Of a stretch of 64,000 nt of DNA, positions 19,134 to 28,732 are shown piece by piece; positions within the stretch are counted from its first letter, which is position 1, and every line of letters starts with the position of its first letter. Origin of the DNA: Dehalococcoidia bacterium. GTDB lineage: Bacteria > Chloroflexota > Dehalococcoidia > Lucifugimonadales > UBA3495. The notes under the pieces are model-generated. The model was not told the DNA's origin and ran no database searches. It saw nothing but the letters and a program-made list of their open reading frames with translations. Location of the stretch: NCBI GenBank assembly GCA_965243185.1, contig OZ251531.1:72698-136697 (forward strand), written 5' to 3'. Made by a program: the position numbers and the translations under genes.

Positions 19134-19254
19134 GGTTAGATGCCTTTTGCCGGGCGGGCGGCGGATGGGGTTGATAACCGGGTCGGGAAACCGCCCCGCT
19201 ATTATAGAATTGGCGGCGGCGGCGGTCAAGTCAAGGCGGCAAGGCGGGAACGGT

Positions 19255-19290
19255 AAAAAAGTACGGGGCGGGTTAGCGGCCCGCCCCGTA
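19255..19290 (-). terminator. intrinsic terminator after rplT
   Basis: TACGGGGCGGG/CCCGCCCCGTA 11-bp stem with a T6 tract on the minus strand. Confidence 0.8.
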
Positions 19291-19315
19291 TGGATAACCG
19301 CTGCCGGCGTTGCGG

Positions 19316-19684
19316 CTAAGCGGCGCGGGCCGCGGCCGCCTCTCCGGAAATGCTGAGCAGTTTCTGAAACCCTTCCGGGTCATTGACCGCCAAGTCCGCC
19401 AGAACTTTGCGGTCAATTTCGACGCCGGCCAGTTTCAAGCCGTGCATAAACTGGCTGTAGGTGGTGCCGGACTGGCGGCAGGCGGCACCGATGCGGACAA
19501 TCCACAGGCGGCGAAAGTCGCCCTTGCGCTCCCGGCGGTGCCGGTAGGAATAGCTCCAGGCGTGGAGCAGGGCTTCCTTGGCCCACTTGTAGTTGCGGCC
19601 GGCGGAACCCTGGAAACCCTTGGCCGCCGCCAATACTTTCTTGTGCCGGTGGCGCTTGGTGACGCCGCGTTTCACTCTGGACAA
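19316..19684 (-). CDS. rplT: 50S ribosomal protein L20
   Basis: MSRVKRGV…AKGF…[16 protein letters not shown]…[25 protein letters not shown]. Confidence 0.99.
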   Translation of the reverse strand: MSRVKRGVTKRHRHKKVLAAAKGFQGSAGRNYKWAKEALLHAWSYSYRHRRERKGDFRRLWIVRIGAACRQSGTTYSQFMHGLKLAGVEIDRKVLADLAVNDPEGFQKLLSISGEAAAARAA

Positions 19685-19727
19685 GGCAAATCTCTCCGGG
19701 GATTGAGGATAACCGGGCGCGGCCCGG

Positions 19728-19925
19728 CTAGGCGTAGGGCATCAACCGACTCAGCCGTCCCACATCTTTGGGGCTGACCGGCAGTTTGTCGGCGAACTTG
19801 CGGGTCACTTTCTTGGGTTTTTTGCGCCGCAGATGGCTGCTCATCCGCTTGCGGCGCAGCATTTTGCCCGTGCCGGTGATATGGAAACGGGCTTTGGCCC
19901 CTTTGTGGGTTTTAAGTTTTGGCAT
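19728..19925 (-). CDS. rpmI: 50S ribosomal protein L35
   Basis: [21 protein letters not shown]…SHLRRKK. Confidence 0.99.
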   Translation of the reverse strand: MPKLKTHKGAKARFHITGTGKMLRRKRMSSHLRRKKPKKVTRKFADKLPVSPKDVGRLSRLMPYA

Positions 19926-20478
19926 CGGCTAGGTCATCCACCTTTTTGTTTTCGGTCTTTTCGCCCCGGGCGACGCTGGGAATCAGAATCATCGACAGGG
20001 CGCGGCCTTCCATGGCCGGCGGCTTTTCCAGCCGCACCTCCTCTTTCAGCTCGTCGGCTACCCGCTTCAGGAGGGACAGGCCCAACTGCTGGTGTACCGC
20101 TTCCCGGCCGCGGAAACGGACGGTCAGCTTGACTTTGGAGCCGTCCTCAATAAACTCCTTGACCTTGCGGAGCTTGGCGTCCAGGTCATGGTCGCCGATA
20201 TTGGGGCGGAAACGGACTTCCCGCAGTTCGGTGTTTTTTTGCGACTTCCGGGACTCCCGTTCCTTTTTGGAATACAGGTAGCGCAGTTTGCCATAGTCCA
20301 GCAGCCGGCAGACCGGCGGGTCGGCGTTGGGGGCCACTTCCACCAGGTCAACACCATTCTGGCGCGCCAACTGCAAGGCTTGGTCCACCGGCATCAAACC
20401 CAGCTGTTCGCCGTCGTCGCCGATAACCCGAATCCGGGGCGCCCGAATTTGCTCGTTGACTTTATACTGCCTTGCGAT
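19912..20478 (-). CDS. infC: translation initiation factor IF-3, probable non-canonical ATC start
   Basis: VNEQIRAPRIRVI, DLVEVAPNADPPVCRLLDYGK and KVKLTVRFRGRE motifs. GGAGG lies 8 nt before ATC 20478 but only 2 nt before GTG 20484. Confidence 0.97.
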   Translation of the reverse strand: MARQYKVNEQIRAPRIRVIGDDGEQLGLMPVDQALQLARQNGVDLVEVAPNADPPVCRLLDYGKLRYLYSKKERESRKSQKNTELREVRFRPNIGDHDLDAKLRKVKEFIEDGSKVKLTVRFRGREAVHQQLGLSLLKRVADELKEEVRLEKPPAMEGRALSMILIPSVARGEKTENKKVDDLADAKT

Positions 20479-20534
20479 GCTCACTACCTCCAGATAAACT
20501 TGGGAAAGCCGAGGCTTTCAGGAAGGGTTGCCCT

Positions 20535-20563
20535 AATTTATCACAAGGAAAAGGGTAAGTCAA
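20535..20563 (-). promoter_or_regulatory. sigma70-type promoter of infC-rpmI-rplT
   Basis: TTGACT-17 nt-TAAATT with TGn extended -10. Confidence 0.7.
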
Positions 20564-20700
20564 TGCGCCGCTGTCGGTGGGTTTCGTTTGCTTTTAGGGT
20601 ACAGGTTTCCAGTTTTATGCAAAATGCGTAAAACTGGACTGGCTATAAAAGCGCCGTACCCTAAAAGCCAACGGAACCATTGCAACGCTATCGCGTCCCC
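20562..20700 (+). ncRNA. candidate structured ncRNA (long irregular hairpin, 6S-like architecture)
   Basis: Stems GGTTTCGTT/AACGGAACC, GCTTTTAGGGTAC/GTACCCTAAAAGC and CCAGTTTTATGC/GCGTAAAACTGG around an asymmetric internal loop. G-U pairs favour the + strand. Confidence 0.4.
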
Positions 20701-20741
20701 AGCCGCCGCAAAACCGCCCAAATTCCCCAGATCCGCCCAAG

Positions 20742-20769
20742 TTGAAAATCCCGGCAATGCCTATATAAT
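20742..20769 (+). promoter_or_regulatory. sigma70-type promoter of fakA-degV-recG
   Basis: TTGAAA-16 nt-TATAAT, 50 nt upstream of ATG 20819. Confidence 0.55.
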
Positions 20770-20818
20770 AGCAGTAGTTACCCCCACCACTAACCCTTTC
20801 CGCAAGGTAACGGCAACA

Positions 20819-22483
20819 ATGGAAACCCTGTGCGGCGCTGACTTTGCCCACGCCCTGACCGCCGGCTTTCGCTGCCTCGAACGCTACCGGGACACCATCA
20901 ACGCCCTGAATGTGTACCCGGTTCCCGACGGCGACACCGGCACTAATATGCTGCTGACCATGCGCGCCGGCATCCCCCATGACGCCCCGGCTCCCGAGGC
21001 CGCCGTTGGCGATGTGGCCGCCCAACTTGCTGACGGCGCCTTTTGGGAAGCCCGCGGCAACAGCGGCGTCATCCTTTCCCAGTTTTTCAAGGGCATTGCC
21101 CAGGGCTTGGCCGGACGGGAAGTTTGCGCCCCGTCCGACTTGACCGCCGCCTTCCAGTCCGCTACTGACGCCGCCTATCGCGCCGTGGGCAACCCGGTCG
21201 AAGGGACAATGCTGACCGTCATCCGCTGCGCCGCCGCCGCTCTTGAAAAAGAACCGCAGACCGGCGCGGCCGCCGACATCACCGCCCACTGGAAAACCGC
21301 CCTCGCCGCCGCCCAAATCGCCCTCGACGACACCCCCAACTTACTGCCCCGGCTCAAAGAAGCCGGCGTAGTCGATGCCGGCGGTATGGGAATCGTTGCC
21401 ATCCTCGGCGGCGCTTATGCTCACCTCAGCGGGCAGGATGTTGACCAACTGGACTTGGGCTTTCCGGCTGTTGCCGGTGACCTTTCCCAATTGGCTACCG
21501 CCGCCGTAGAAAGCGATTTCCTCGACGCCTCCACCGAAGCCCAGTGGGGCTACTGCACCCAATTCCTGATTCAAGGGGAAAGTCTTGACCTGGAGCAAGT
21601 CCGCGCCGACTTGGCCCAAACCGCCGACTCCCTGGTTATTGTCGGCGATGAACGGGTTATCCGGGTGCATATTCATATTGCCGACCCCGGGGCGGCCCTG
21701 ACCTACGGCGTGGCCTTGGGCGAACTGTCCCAAATCAAAATCGACAATATGAACCTGCAAAATCAGGATTGGGCGGCCGGCCATCAAGCGGCCCGGCCGG
21801 AAAACGGCGGCCCGCCCCCGGCTGACTTGGCCCTGGTTGCCGTAGCTCCCGGGGACGGCTTGGCCCAACTGTTCCGGGATTCCGGCTGCGCCGCCGTAGT
21901 CAGCGGCGGGCAAACGATGAACCCCAGCGTGGCCCAGCTGGTCAACGCCGCCGCCGCCGCCAGCAGCCGCGAAGTCATCCTCCTCCCCAACAACAAAAAT
22001 GTCGCCATCACCGCAACCCAAGCGGCGGAACGGGAAAATGACGCCCAGCAACTTTATGTAGTACCCACCCGCACCGTGGCCCAAGGCGTCGCCGCCGCCC
22101 TGGCTTTCAACGCCCAACTCCCGGCCGCCGCCAACCTGCAAGCGATGCAAAACGCCGTTGCCGCCGTTGTTTCCATCGAAGTCACCCGCGCCGTCCGCGA
22201 CACTACCCTTGACGGCGTAGCAGTAGCGGAGGGCGATTATATGGGATTGGTCGAGGGCGATTTAGCCGTAGTTCAGGACACCCCGGAGGCCGCCCTTTTG
22301 TCCGCCCTGTCCGGCGTTGGCATTACCGACGACCATATCGTAACCCTCTACCGGGGCCTAGATACCGCCCCGGAGCAAGCCGAACTCATTGCCCGTCAAA
22401 TCGAGGAACAGACGCCTGGCATCCAGGTTGACCTGGTGTATGGCGGGCAGCCCCATTATCCCTATTTTGCCGCCGTGGAGTAA
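20819..22483 (+). CDS. fakA: DAK2 domain protein / fatty acid kinase catalytic subunit (FakA/YloV)
   Basis: INALNVYPVPDGDTGTNM, ARGNSGVILSQ, PVEGTMLTV, VVDAGG, GYCTQF, GGQTMNPS, ILLPNNKN and GGQPHYPY motifs. Confidence 0.93.
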   Translation: METLCGADFAHALTAGFRCLERYRDTINALNVYPVPDGDTGTNMLLTMRAGIPHDAPAPEAAVGDVAAQLADGAFWEARGNSGVILSQFFKGIAQGLAGREVCAPSDLTAAFQSATDAAYRAVGNPVEGTMLTVIRCAAAALEKEPQTGAAADITAHWKTALAAAQIALDDTPNLLPRLKEAGVVDAGGMGIVAILGGAYAHLSGQDVDQLDLGFPAVAGDLSQLATAAVESDFLDASTEAQWGYCTQFLIQGESLDLEQVRADLAQTADSLVIVGDERVIRVHIHIADPGAALTYGVALGELSQIKIDNMNLQNQDWAAGHQAARPENGGPPPADLALVAVAPGDGLAQLFRDSGCAAVVSGGQTMNPSVAQLVNAAAAASSREVILLPNNKNVAITATQAAERENDAQQLYVVPTRTVAQGVAAALAFNAQLPAAANLQAMQNAVAAVVSIEVTRAVRDTTLDGVAVAEGDYMGLVEGDLAVVQDTPEAALLSALSGVGITDDHIVTLYRGLDTAPEQAELIARQIEEQTPGIQVDLVYGGQPHYPYFAAVE

Positions 22484-22489
22484 CCGAAT

Positions 22490-23326
22490 ATGTCCATCCG
22501 CATCGTTACCGACAGCACCGCCGACCTGCCCGCCGACCTGGTCCAGGAACTGAACATCAGCATCGTCCCCAGCAATGTGGTCATCGACGATGTCAACTAC
22601 CGGGACGGCATCGACCTGACCCCGGATGAGTTCTACCAGCGGCTGACCGCCGGCCCCCGCTTGCCGACCACTTCCCAGCCCTCCGTCGGCGCTTTCCAAG
22701 CCGTCTATCAGGGCTTGCTGGAACAGGGCCACGACATCGTATCCCTCCATGTTTCCGGCAAACTCAGCGGCACCGTCAACTCGGCGGTGCAAGCCAAAGC
22801 CGCCCTCGGCGACCCCAACATTGCCGTCATCGATTCCAACTTGGCATCGATTGCCTTGGCTTTGGTGGTGGTCAAAGCGGCCCAAGCCGCCCGTCAGTCC
22901 GAATCCTACGAGGAAGTAGCCGAACAAGCCCGCTTGACCGTCGGCCAGACCGGCGTTTTCTTTTTCGTGGATACCCTGGAATACCTGCAAAAGGGCGGGC
23001 GTATCGGCAAAGCCCAGGCTTTTGTCGGCTCTCTGCTCCATGTCAAGCCCATCCTGACCTTGCAGGATGGCGAAGTCCATCCCCTGGAGCGGCAGCGCAA
23101 CCGGGAACGGGCCCTCCGCCGCCTGGTTGAACTGACCCGGGAGCGCGCCCCGGTGCAGCAGATTGCCGTATCCTACAGCACCGAACCGGCCGCGGCCGCC
23201 GACCTTCGCGGCCGCTTGAGCGACTTGCTGCCCCCGGAACAAATCATCACCAGCCGTTTCGGCCCGGCTATCGGAACTTATGTCGGCCCCGGCGCCCTCG
23301 GCTTGGCTTACACCGCCGCCGGCTAA
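22490..23326 (+). CDS. degV: DegV family fatty-acid-binding protein (FakB)
   Basis: IVTDSTADLP, PTTSQPS, SGKLSGT, VDTLEYLQKGGRIG and GTYVGPG motifs. Confidence 0.95.
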   Translation: MSIRIVTDSTADLPADLVQELNISIVPSNVVIDDVNYRDGIDLTPDEFYQRLTAGPRLPTTSQPSVGAFQAVYQGLLEQGHDIVSLHVSGKLSGTVNSAVQAKAALGDPNIAVIDSNLASIALALVVVKAAQAARQSESYEEVAEQARLTVGQTGVFFFVDTLEYLQKGGRIGKAQAFVGSLLHVKPILTLQDGEVHPLERQRNRERALRRLVELTRERAPVQQIAVSYSTEPAAAADLRGRLSDLLPPEQIITSRFGPAIGTYVGPGALGLAYTAAG

Positions 23327-23341
23327 ACCCGCTGGTAAGCT

Positions 23342-25840
23342 ATGCCCACTCCTGCCGTCAACACCGCCGCCTGGATTAAGCCTTTCCGCAGCATCCTGGA
23401 ACTGGAAAGGAGCAACCGGTTTGACAACCGCGCCGTAACCGGCGGCCTCGACCGTTTCCTCGAGCATTGGGCGGCGGACCTTGCCGCCTTCATCGCAAAC
23501 ACGCCGGATGCCCCGCCGTTGCCCCGTCCATCCTACGCCCAACTCTCCCTTGCGGCACGGGAACAGTGGGCCGAACCCTGGCTTGCCCTGCTAACCGCCG
23601 GCTCGACCGCCGCGCCCCGGGAAACCGCTAACCGGGAAACACCGCCGCCGGCCGCGCCTCAATCCCGGCAATCCCGCCGCCCAGCGGCCGCCGCATCCGG
23701 CCCGCCGCCAGGTCTAACCATCGACGCCCCGGTAACCAGTCTCAAACGGGTGGACGCTAAACTGTCCGACCGGTTGAACCGCTTGGCCGTGGCCACCGTC
23801 CGCGATTTGCTTTACCACTTTCCCCGCTATCACCAGGACTATTCCCGCGCTGCCAAAATCGCCGAACTGCAATTCGGACAGGAAGTAACCGTCACCGGCC
23901 GCCTTTCCCACATCCAGGTAGCGCCGCTAGGCCAAAGCGGCCGCCTCCAGGCTACCCAAGCCCTCCTGACCGATGACACCGGCAGCCTCCGGGTATCCTG
24001 GATTGGGCAAAGCTATATGGCACGCCGCCTCAAAGCCGATGCCCCGGTCAACCTCAGCGGCAAGGTTGACGCCTTTCAAGGCCGCCTGACTCTCGAAAAT
24101 CCGGAATACGAGGACATCAGCCGCGGCCAAATCCCCGTCCACACCGGCCGCCTGCTCCCGGTCTATCCCTTGACCGCCGGCTTGACCGGCCGCAATCTCC
24201 GCAGCCTTACTTGGCAAGCCCTCAACGAATGGCTCGGCGGCATTGCCGAATCCCTTCCCGAAAGTCTCTTATCCCGTACCGGCTTAATGCCCCTGCACCA
24301 AGCGATCCGTCAAGCCCATTACCCGGACAACTTCGGCGACTGGGCCCGAGCCCGCCGCCGTCTGGCTTTTGACGAACTGCTGACTTTGCAGCTTTCCGTC
24401 CTGGCCCGCCGCCACCGCAACGCTCAAGATGTAGCCGGCGTAACTATTCCCGCCGACCCCGCCTTGCTCGACCGCGTCATCCAGTCCTTGCCCTTTGCCC
24501 TGACCAACGCCCAGCGCCGCTGCCTTGACGAAATCCTGGCTGATTTGCAGCGCGGCGCTCCGCCCATGAGCCGCTTGCTCCAGGGAGAAGTAGGCAGCGG
24601 CAAAACGGTAGTGGTGTTGGTAGCCTTATTAGCCGTTATCGCCGCAGGTTGGCAAGGCGCCATTATGGTGCCTACCGAAGTCTTGGCCGAACAGCACTTC
24701 CAAACCGTCGCCAATCTCCTTGGCGGAATGGGGCAGATTGCCCGGGAAAACAACATCACCACCGCCTACTGCGATGCCCTGGGCCGCCCGGTAACCGTCG
24801 GCTTGCTAACCGGCAGTATCCGCGCCCGTCCCCGCCGCCAACTGACCGCCATGGCCGCTGAGGGCAGCCTTGACCTGCTTATCGGTACCCACGCCTTGAT
24901 TCAGAACGGCATAGAGATGCCTAACCTGGCTTTGGCGGTTATGGATGAACAGCATCGCTTCGGCGTAATGCAGCGTTCCGCCCTGCGCCAGAAAAGCCAA
25001 GAAAATCCCCATACCCTGGTTATGTCCGCCACCCCTATCCCCCGCACCCTGACCTTGACCCTTTACGGCGACCTCGACTTGTCCACCCTCGACGAACTTC
25101 CCCCCGGCCGTCAGGAAATCCTGACCCGCTGGTTCGACCCGGAACGGCGCGGCGCGGTTTATGGCTTTATCCAAAAGCATATCCGCGACGGCCGCCAAGC
25201 CTTTATCGTCCACCCTTTGATTGACGAATCCGATGCTGTCGCCGCCAAAGCCGCCACTGAGGAATATGAGCGGCTCTCCCGGGAAGTCTTTCCCCAACTG
25301 CGCTTGGCGCTCCTCCACGGCCGGATGAACGCCGCCGACAAGGACAAGACCATGCGCCGCTTCCGGGACGGGGAACTCGACATTCTGGTAACTACGGCGG
25401 TGGTGGAAGTAGGCATTGATGTCCCCAACGCCAATGTAATGCTGATTGAGGGCGCGGACCGCTTCGGCCTCTCCCAACTCCACCAGTTCCGCGGCCGCGT
25501 CGGCCGCGGCGAATACAAAAGCTACTGCATCCTGATGTCCGACGACCCTTCGGAAATCGCCCGGGAACGGTTGACCGCTCTGGAGCAGCATCAAGACGGG
25601 TTCCAGCTGGCTGAGATTGACCTGGAAATGCGCGGCCCCGGCGATTTCTTTGGCACCCGTCAAAGCGGCCTGCCCAGCCTGCGCATGGCCCAACTCTCCG
25701 ACCGGGAACTCCTCGACCAAGCCCGCCAGGAGGCCGCCCGCCTGATGCAAGCCGACCCGGAACTGTCCCATCCCGAACACGCCGAACTAGCCGCCCAAGT
25801 AGCCCGCTACACCGAAAAAATCAGCGCCGAGTTCACCTAA
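23342..25840 (+). CDS. recG: ATP-dependent DNA helicase RecG
   Basis: Wedge domain, RRLAFDE, LLQGEVGSGKT, PTEVLAEQH, DEQHRFG, MSATPIPRTL, QLHQFRGRVGRG and DLEMRGPGDFFGTRQSG motifs. Confidence 0.98.
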   Translation: MPTPAVNTAAWIKPFRSILELERSNRFDNRAVTGGLDRFLEHWAADLAAFIANTPDAPPLPRPSYAQLSLAAREQWAEPWLALLTAGSTAAPRETANRETPPPAAPQSRQSRRPAAAASGPPPGLTIDAPVTSLKRVDAKLSDRLNRLAVATVRDLLYHFPRYHQDYSRAAKIAELQFGQEVTVTGRLSHIQVAPLGQSGRLQATQALLTDDTGSLRVSWIGQSYMARRLKADAPVNLSGKVDAFQGRLTLENPEYEDISRGQIPVHTGRLLPVYPLTAGLTGRNLRSLTWQALNEWLGGIAESLPESLLSRTGLMPLHQAIRQAHYPDNFGDWARARRRLAFDELLTLQLSVLARRHRNAQDVAGVTIPADPALLDRVIQSLPFALTNAQRRCLDEILADLQRGAPPMSRLLQGEVGSGKTVVVLVALLAVIAAGWQGAIMVPTEVLAEQHFQTVANLLGGMGQIARENNITTAYCDALGRPVTVGLLTGSIRARPRRQLTAMAAEGSLDLLIGTHALIQNGIEMPNLALAVMDEQHRFGVMQRSALRQKSQENPHTLVMSATPIPRTLTLTLYGDLDLSTLDELPPGRQEILTRWFDPERRGAVYGFIQKHIRDGRQAFIVHPLIDESDAVAAKAATEEYERLSREVFPQLRLALLHGRMNAADKDKTMRRFRDGELDILVTTAVVEVGIDVPNANVMLIEGADRFGLSQLHQFRGRVGRGEYKSYCILMSDDPSEIARERLTALEQHQDGFQLAEIDLEMRGPGDFFGTRQSGLPSLRMAQLSDRELLDQARQEAARLMQADPELSHPEHAELAAQVARYTEKISAEFT

Positions 25841-25988
25841 CCCAACCTTTATCAGGTTCAGATCGATTGTAGATGATTTTCAACTTTACGATATTAGCGA
25901 AAAGTTCATTTCATCCACAATCAAACGGCGCCGGATTTCCCGGCGCCGTGACATTAAAAGTCTCTGAGCATAAAGCGGAACGGTATCC

Positions 25989-27059
25989 TTACCGCGCCCG
26001 GTACAGGTTTTTGATGCCCTGGACGGCGGCCAGCCGCTGCTCCGCTAGCCGGTCGGCGGCCTGCGCCGTAGGGATTTCCTCATCCCGGGCCGTGGCGATC
26101 ACCCGCTCCATAATTTCGTAAATCCGCTCCGTCTTTTCCCGGGCCAATTCCGGGTTATACACCATCCCCACCTCGGCGGACACATTGATGACGCCGCCGG
26201 CGTTGATTACATAGTCCGGGGCGTACAGGATACCCCGGCGGTGCAGTTCCGCCCCGTCGGCTTCCGTCAAAAGCTGATTGTTGGCCCCGCCGGCTACAAT
26301 GCGGCCGGTCAGCCGGGGAATGGTGTCTGCGTTCAGCGTCCCGCCCAGGGCGCAGGGCGAAAATATGTCGCTCGGCACATCATAAATCTCCTCCGGCGCC
26401 ACCGTCTTGATGCCCAAATCCCGGGCCTTGTCCAGAGCGGCGGGATAAACGTCGGTAGCCACGATTTGGGCATCCTCCTTCAGCAGGTGGTGCGCGGTAT
26501 GGAAAGCCACCTTGCCAAATCCCTGCATCGCCACCTTACGCCCCCGCAGGGAATCGCTGCCCCAAACCTCCCGCGCGCAAGCTTTCATCCCCATATAGAT
26601 GCCCAGCCCGGTCATAATGGAAGTGTCGCCGCTGCCGCCCCGGGACAATGGCAATCCCACCACATACTCCGTTTCCTGCCGCACATACTCCAAATCCCGC
26701 CCGGTGCTGCCTACATCAGTAGTGGTCAAATAGCGGCCGCCCAAGGCGTCCACGGACCGCCCGTAGGCGCGCAGCAGGGCTTCCGATTTCTGATGATGGG
26801 GGTCGGCGATGATAACGCCCTTGCCGCCGCCCAGCGGCAGGTCGGCAGTCGCCGATTTGTAGGTCATCGCCCGGCTCAAGCGTAGCGCGTCTTGCAGCGC
26901 CGCCGCTTCCGTGCCGTAAGGCCAGATGCGGACGCCGCCGCAAGCCGGACCCAAAGTAGTGTCGTGGATGGCCACGATGGCTTTCAACCCGGCCGCCGGG
27001 TCGGTGAACAACGCCAACTGCTCGTAGCCGCCCCGGTTCATTTCGTCAAAAATCTGCAT
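25989..27059 (-). CDS. Leu/Phe/Val (Glu/Leu/Phe/Val family) dehydrogenase
   Basis: AIHDTTLGPACGGVR, LSRAMTYK, GGGKGVI, QGFGKV, FSPCALG, GGANNQL and YAPDYVINAGG motifs; AAGGAGG RBS. Confidence 0.93.
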   Translation of the reverse strand: MQIFDEMNRGGYEQLALFTDPAAGLKAIVAIHDTTLGPACGGVRIWPYGTEAAALQDALRLSRAMTYKSATADLPLGGGKGVIIADPHHQKSEALLRAYGRSVDALGGRYLTTTDVGSTGRDLEYVRQETEYVVGLPLSRGGSGDTSIMTGLGIYMGMKACAREVWGSDSLRGRKVAMQGFGKVAFHTAHHLLKEDAQIVATDVYPAALDKARDLGIKTVAPEEIYDVPSDIFSPCALGGTLNADTIPRLTGRIVAGGANNQLLTEADGAELHRRGILYAPDYVINAGGVINVSAEVGMVYNPELAREKTERIYEIMERVIATARDEEIPTAQAADRLAEQRLAAVQGIKNLYRAR

Positions 27060-27265
27060 CACGGCAACCTCCTTCAGTAGAACGGAATGGGCGGACGGCA
27101 ACCGCAGTTGCCCGATACTATAATTATACTGGATAAACCCGGCGGGCAACATAGATTATCCCGCCCCAAATACCCGGGAAAATCCCCCGCAACCCGCCCG
27201 GAAGTGATATGATGTTTCCCAACCCGGCCCGGCGGCCGACATCCGGCGTCTCAGGAGAAGGAATA

Positions 27266-27568
27266 ATGTTCATACGAATGGTTTGGGGCAAGCTGCGCCC
27301 CGGCAGTTGGGATGAGTACGAGCGGCATTACCACGAGCGGCTGGCCGGTTCCGCCGGCAGCATCCCCGGCCTCAAGGAACGGCAGTTGCTCCGCAGCACC
27401 GAGGACGCCGACGAGGGCGTCAGCGTCTCCATCTGGGATACTCTGGAAAATATGCGCGCCTACGAGGTGGGCGAGTTTCGCCAGTCCGTCGCCAAGGAGA
27501 TGGAACACCTCTACCGGGGCGAGTACTGGGTCAAACACTTCGAGGTCATCAACTCCACCCAGGAGTAA
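27266..27568 (+). CDS. antibiotic biosynthesis monooxygenase (ABM)-like dimeric alpha/beta barrel protein
   Basis: MFIRMVWGKLRPG…PGL…LLRS…GVSVSIWDTLENMRAYE pattern. Confidence 0.75.
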   Translation: MFIRMVWGKLRPGSWDEYERHYHERLAGSAGSIPGLKERQLLRSTEDADEGVSVSIWDTLENMRAYEVGEFRQSVAKEMEHLYRGEYWVKHFEVINSTQE

Positions 27569-27612
27569 CCCGTAGCTCGCGCCCTTGGCTCCGACCCACT
27601 ACCGGTTTCCCG

Positions 27613-27650
27613 AAAAAAGCCCGGCCGGCTTGCGCCGGCCGGGTTGCTTT
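27613..27650. terminator. hairpin between convergent genes, probable bidirectional terminator
   Basis: A6, then GCCCGGCCGGC-TTGC-GCCGGCCGGGT, then TGCTTT. Confidence 0.65.
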
Positions 27651-27715
27651 CTGTATCCGCTCGATGCCCCCTTGCCAACACATTGACGCAGCAGGGAACT
27701 AAGCCTTCCCTTGGC

Positions 27716-28489
27716 CTATACTTCCTGCGGCTTCCGTCCCTTCCGTTCCAGAAAGTCCTTAAAACCTTCCTCGACGGACAGGCCGCGGAAACGCCCCTGC
27801 CGGGAGTTGACTTCGTTCCAGAACTGTTCCTCCATCGGCTTGCCGGTATGCTCAAAGAGCATCTGCTTGATGTTGGCTATCCCTTCGGCGCGGTTTTTGG
27901 CGATGCCGGCGGCTACTTCTACCGCCTTGTCCAGCAGCTCCGCTTGCGGCACCAGATGGTTCAGCAGGCCGATGCGGTAGGCTTCCTCGGCAAAGACTTC
28001 CCGCCCGCTGTAGAGCAGTTCCTTGGCCCGCGGCCAGCCAATCAAGTTGGGCAGGCTCCAGGTAGCGTTCATCTGCCCGTAGTTGACCGCCAAAAACCGA
28101 AAACTGCTCTTATCGCAGCCAATCAGGAAGTCCAGAGAAGTCGCCATTACGGTGCCGCCGCCGTAGCAGAGTCCGTTGACTGCGCCGATAATGGGCTTGG
28201 GACTGGCGGCCATGTGCCAAGTATATTCGGCGCGTTCGGCGGCGGCGGCGTCCCGCTCCTCCGGCGTGCGCTCCCGGTTTTCATGGATGTCGGCGCCGGC
28301 GGAAAAAGCCCGGTCGCCGGCTCCGGTGATGACAATGGCACCCACATCGTCATCGGCTTCCAGAGCGGTCAGGGCGGTATCCAACTCCCGCACCAGTTGC
28401 AGGTTCAGCGCGTTCAGCACCTCCGGCCGGTTCAGCGTAACGATGGCAACCCGCTGCTCCTGCTCGATTTTGATGGTTTCATAGCTCAT
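27716..28489 (-). CDS. enoyl-CoA hydratase/isomerase family protein
   Basis: VTLNRPEVLNALN, ITGAGDRAFSAGADI, KPIIGAVNGLCYGGG and LLNHLVP motifs. Confidence 0.92.
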   Translation of the reverse strand: MSYETIKIEQEQRVAIVTLNRPEVLNALNLQLVRELDTALTALEADDDVGAIVITGAGDRAFSAGADIHENRERTPEERDAAAAERAEYTWHMAASPKPIIGAVNGLCYGGGTVMATSLDFLIGCDKSSFRFLAVNYGQMNATWSLPNLIGWPRAKELLYSGREVFAEEAYRIGLLNHLVPQAELLDKAVEVAAGIAKNRAEGIANIKQMLFEHTGKPMEEQFWNEVNSRQGRFRGLSVEEGFKDFLERKGRKPQEV

Positions 28490-28732
28490 AGTGGCCTAAC
28501 TCTCCTGTCAATATCCGGCGGCCCTTGCCGCCGGCTGGCAAGGTGGGCACGGCGCGGGGGCCGCCGGGTTTAGTTGGGCTAATAATAAAGCACAGTTACG
28601 CGGAAAGTAAAGAAAGACTGCCCCGGCGGTGGCGTTCCACTTTGGGCCTCATCCTCTATAGTTTGTAGCGGTTAGTCCCCAAAGTGAAACGACGCCCTTG
28701 CCCATCCCGCCATCCCTTGCTACAATCAATCT

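Noticed and set aside
20562-20700. L20 leader of the infC operon
   Set aside because: It lies upstream of the predicted infC promoter, and its G-U pairs favour the opposite strand.
20588-20818. N-terminal extension of fakA, or a hidden rpmB upstream
   Set aside because: The region holds a promoter and a hairpin, the DAK2 motif begins right after ATG 20819, and no L28-like sequence is present in the provided ORFs.
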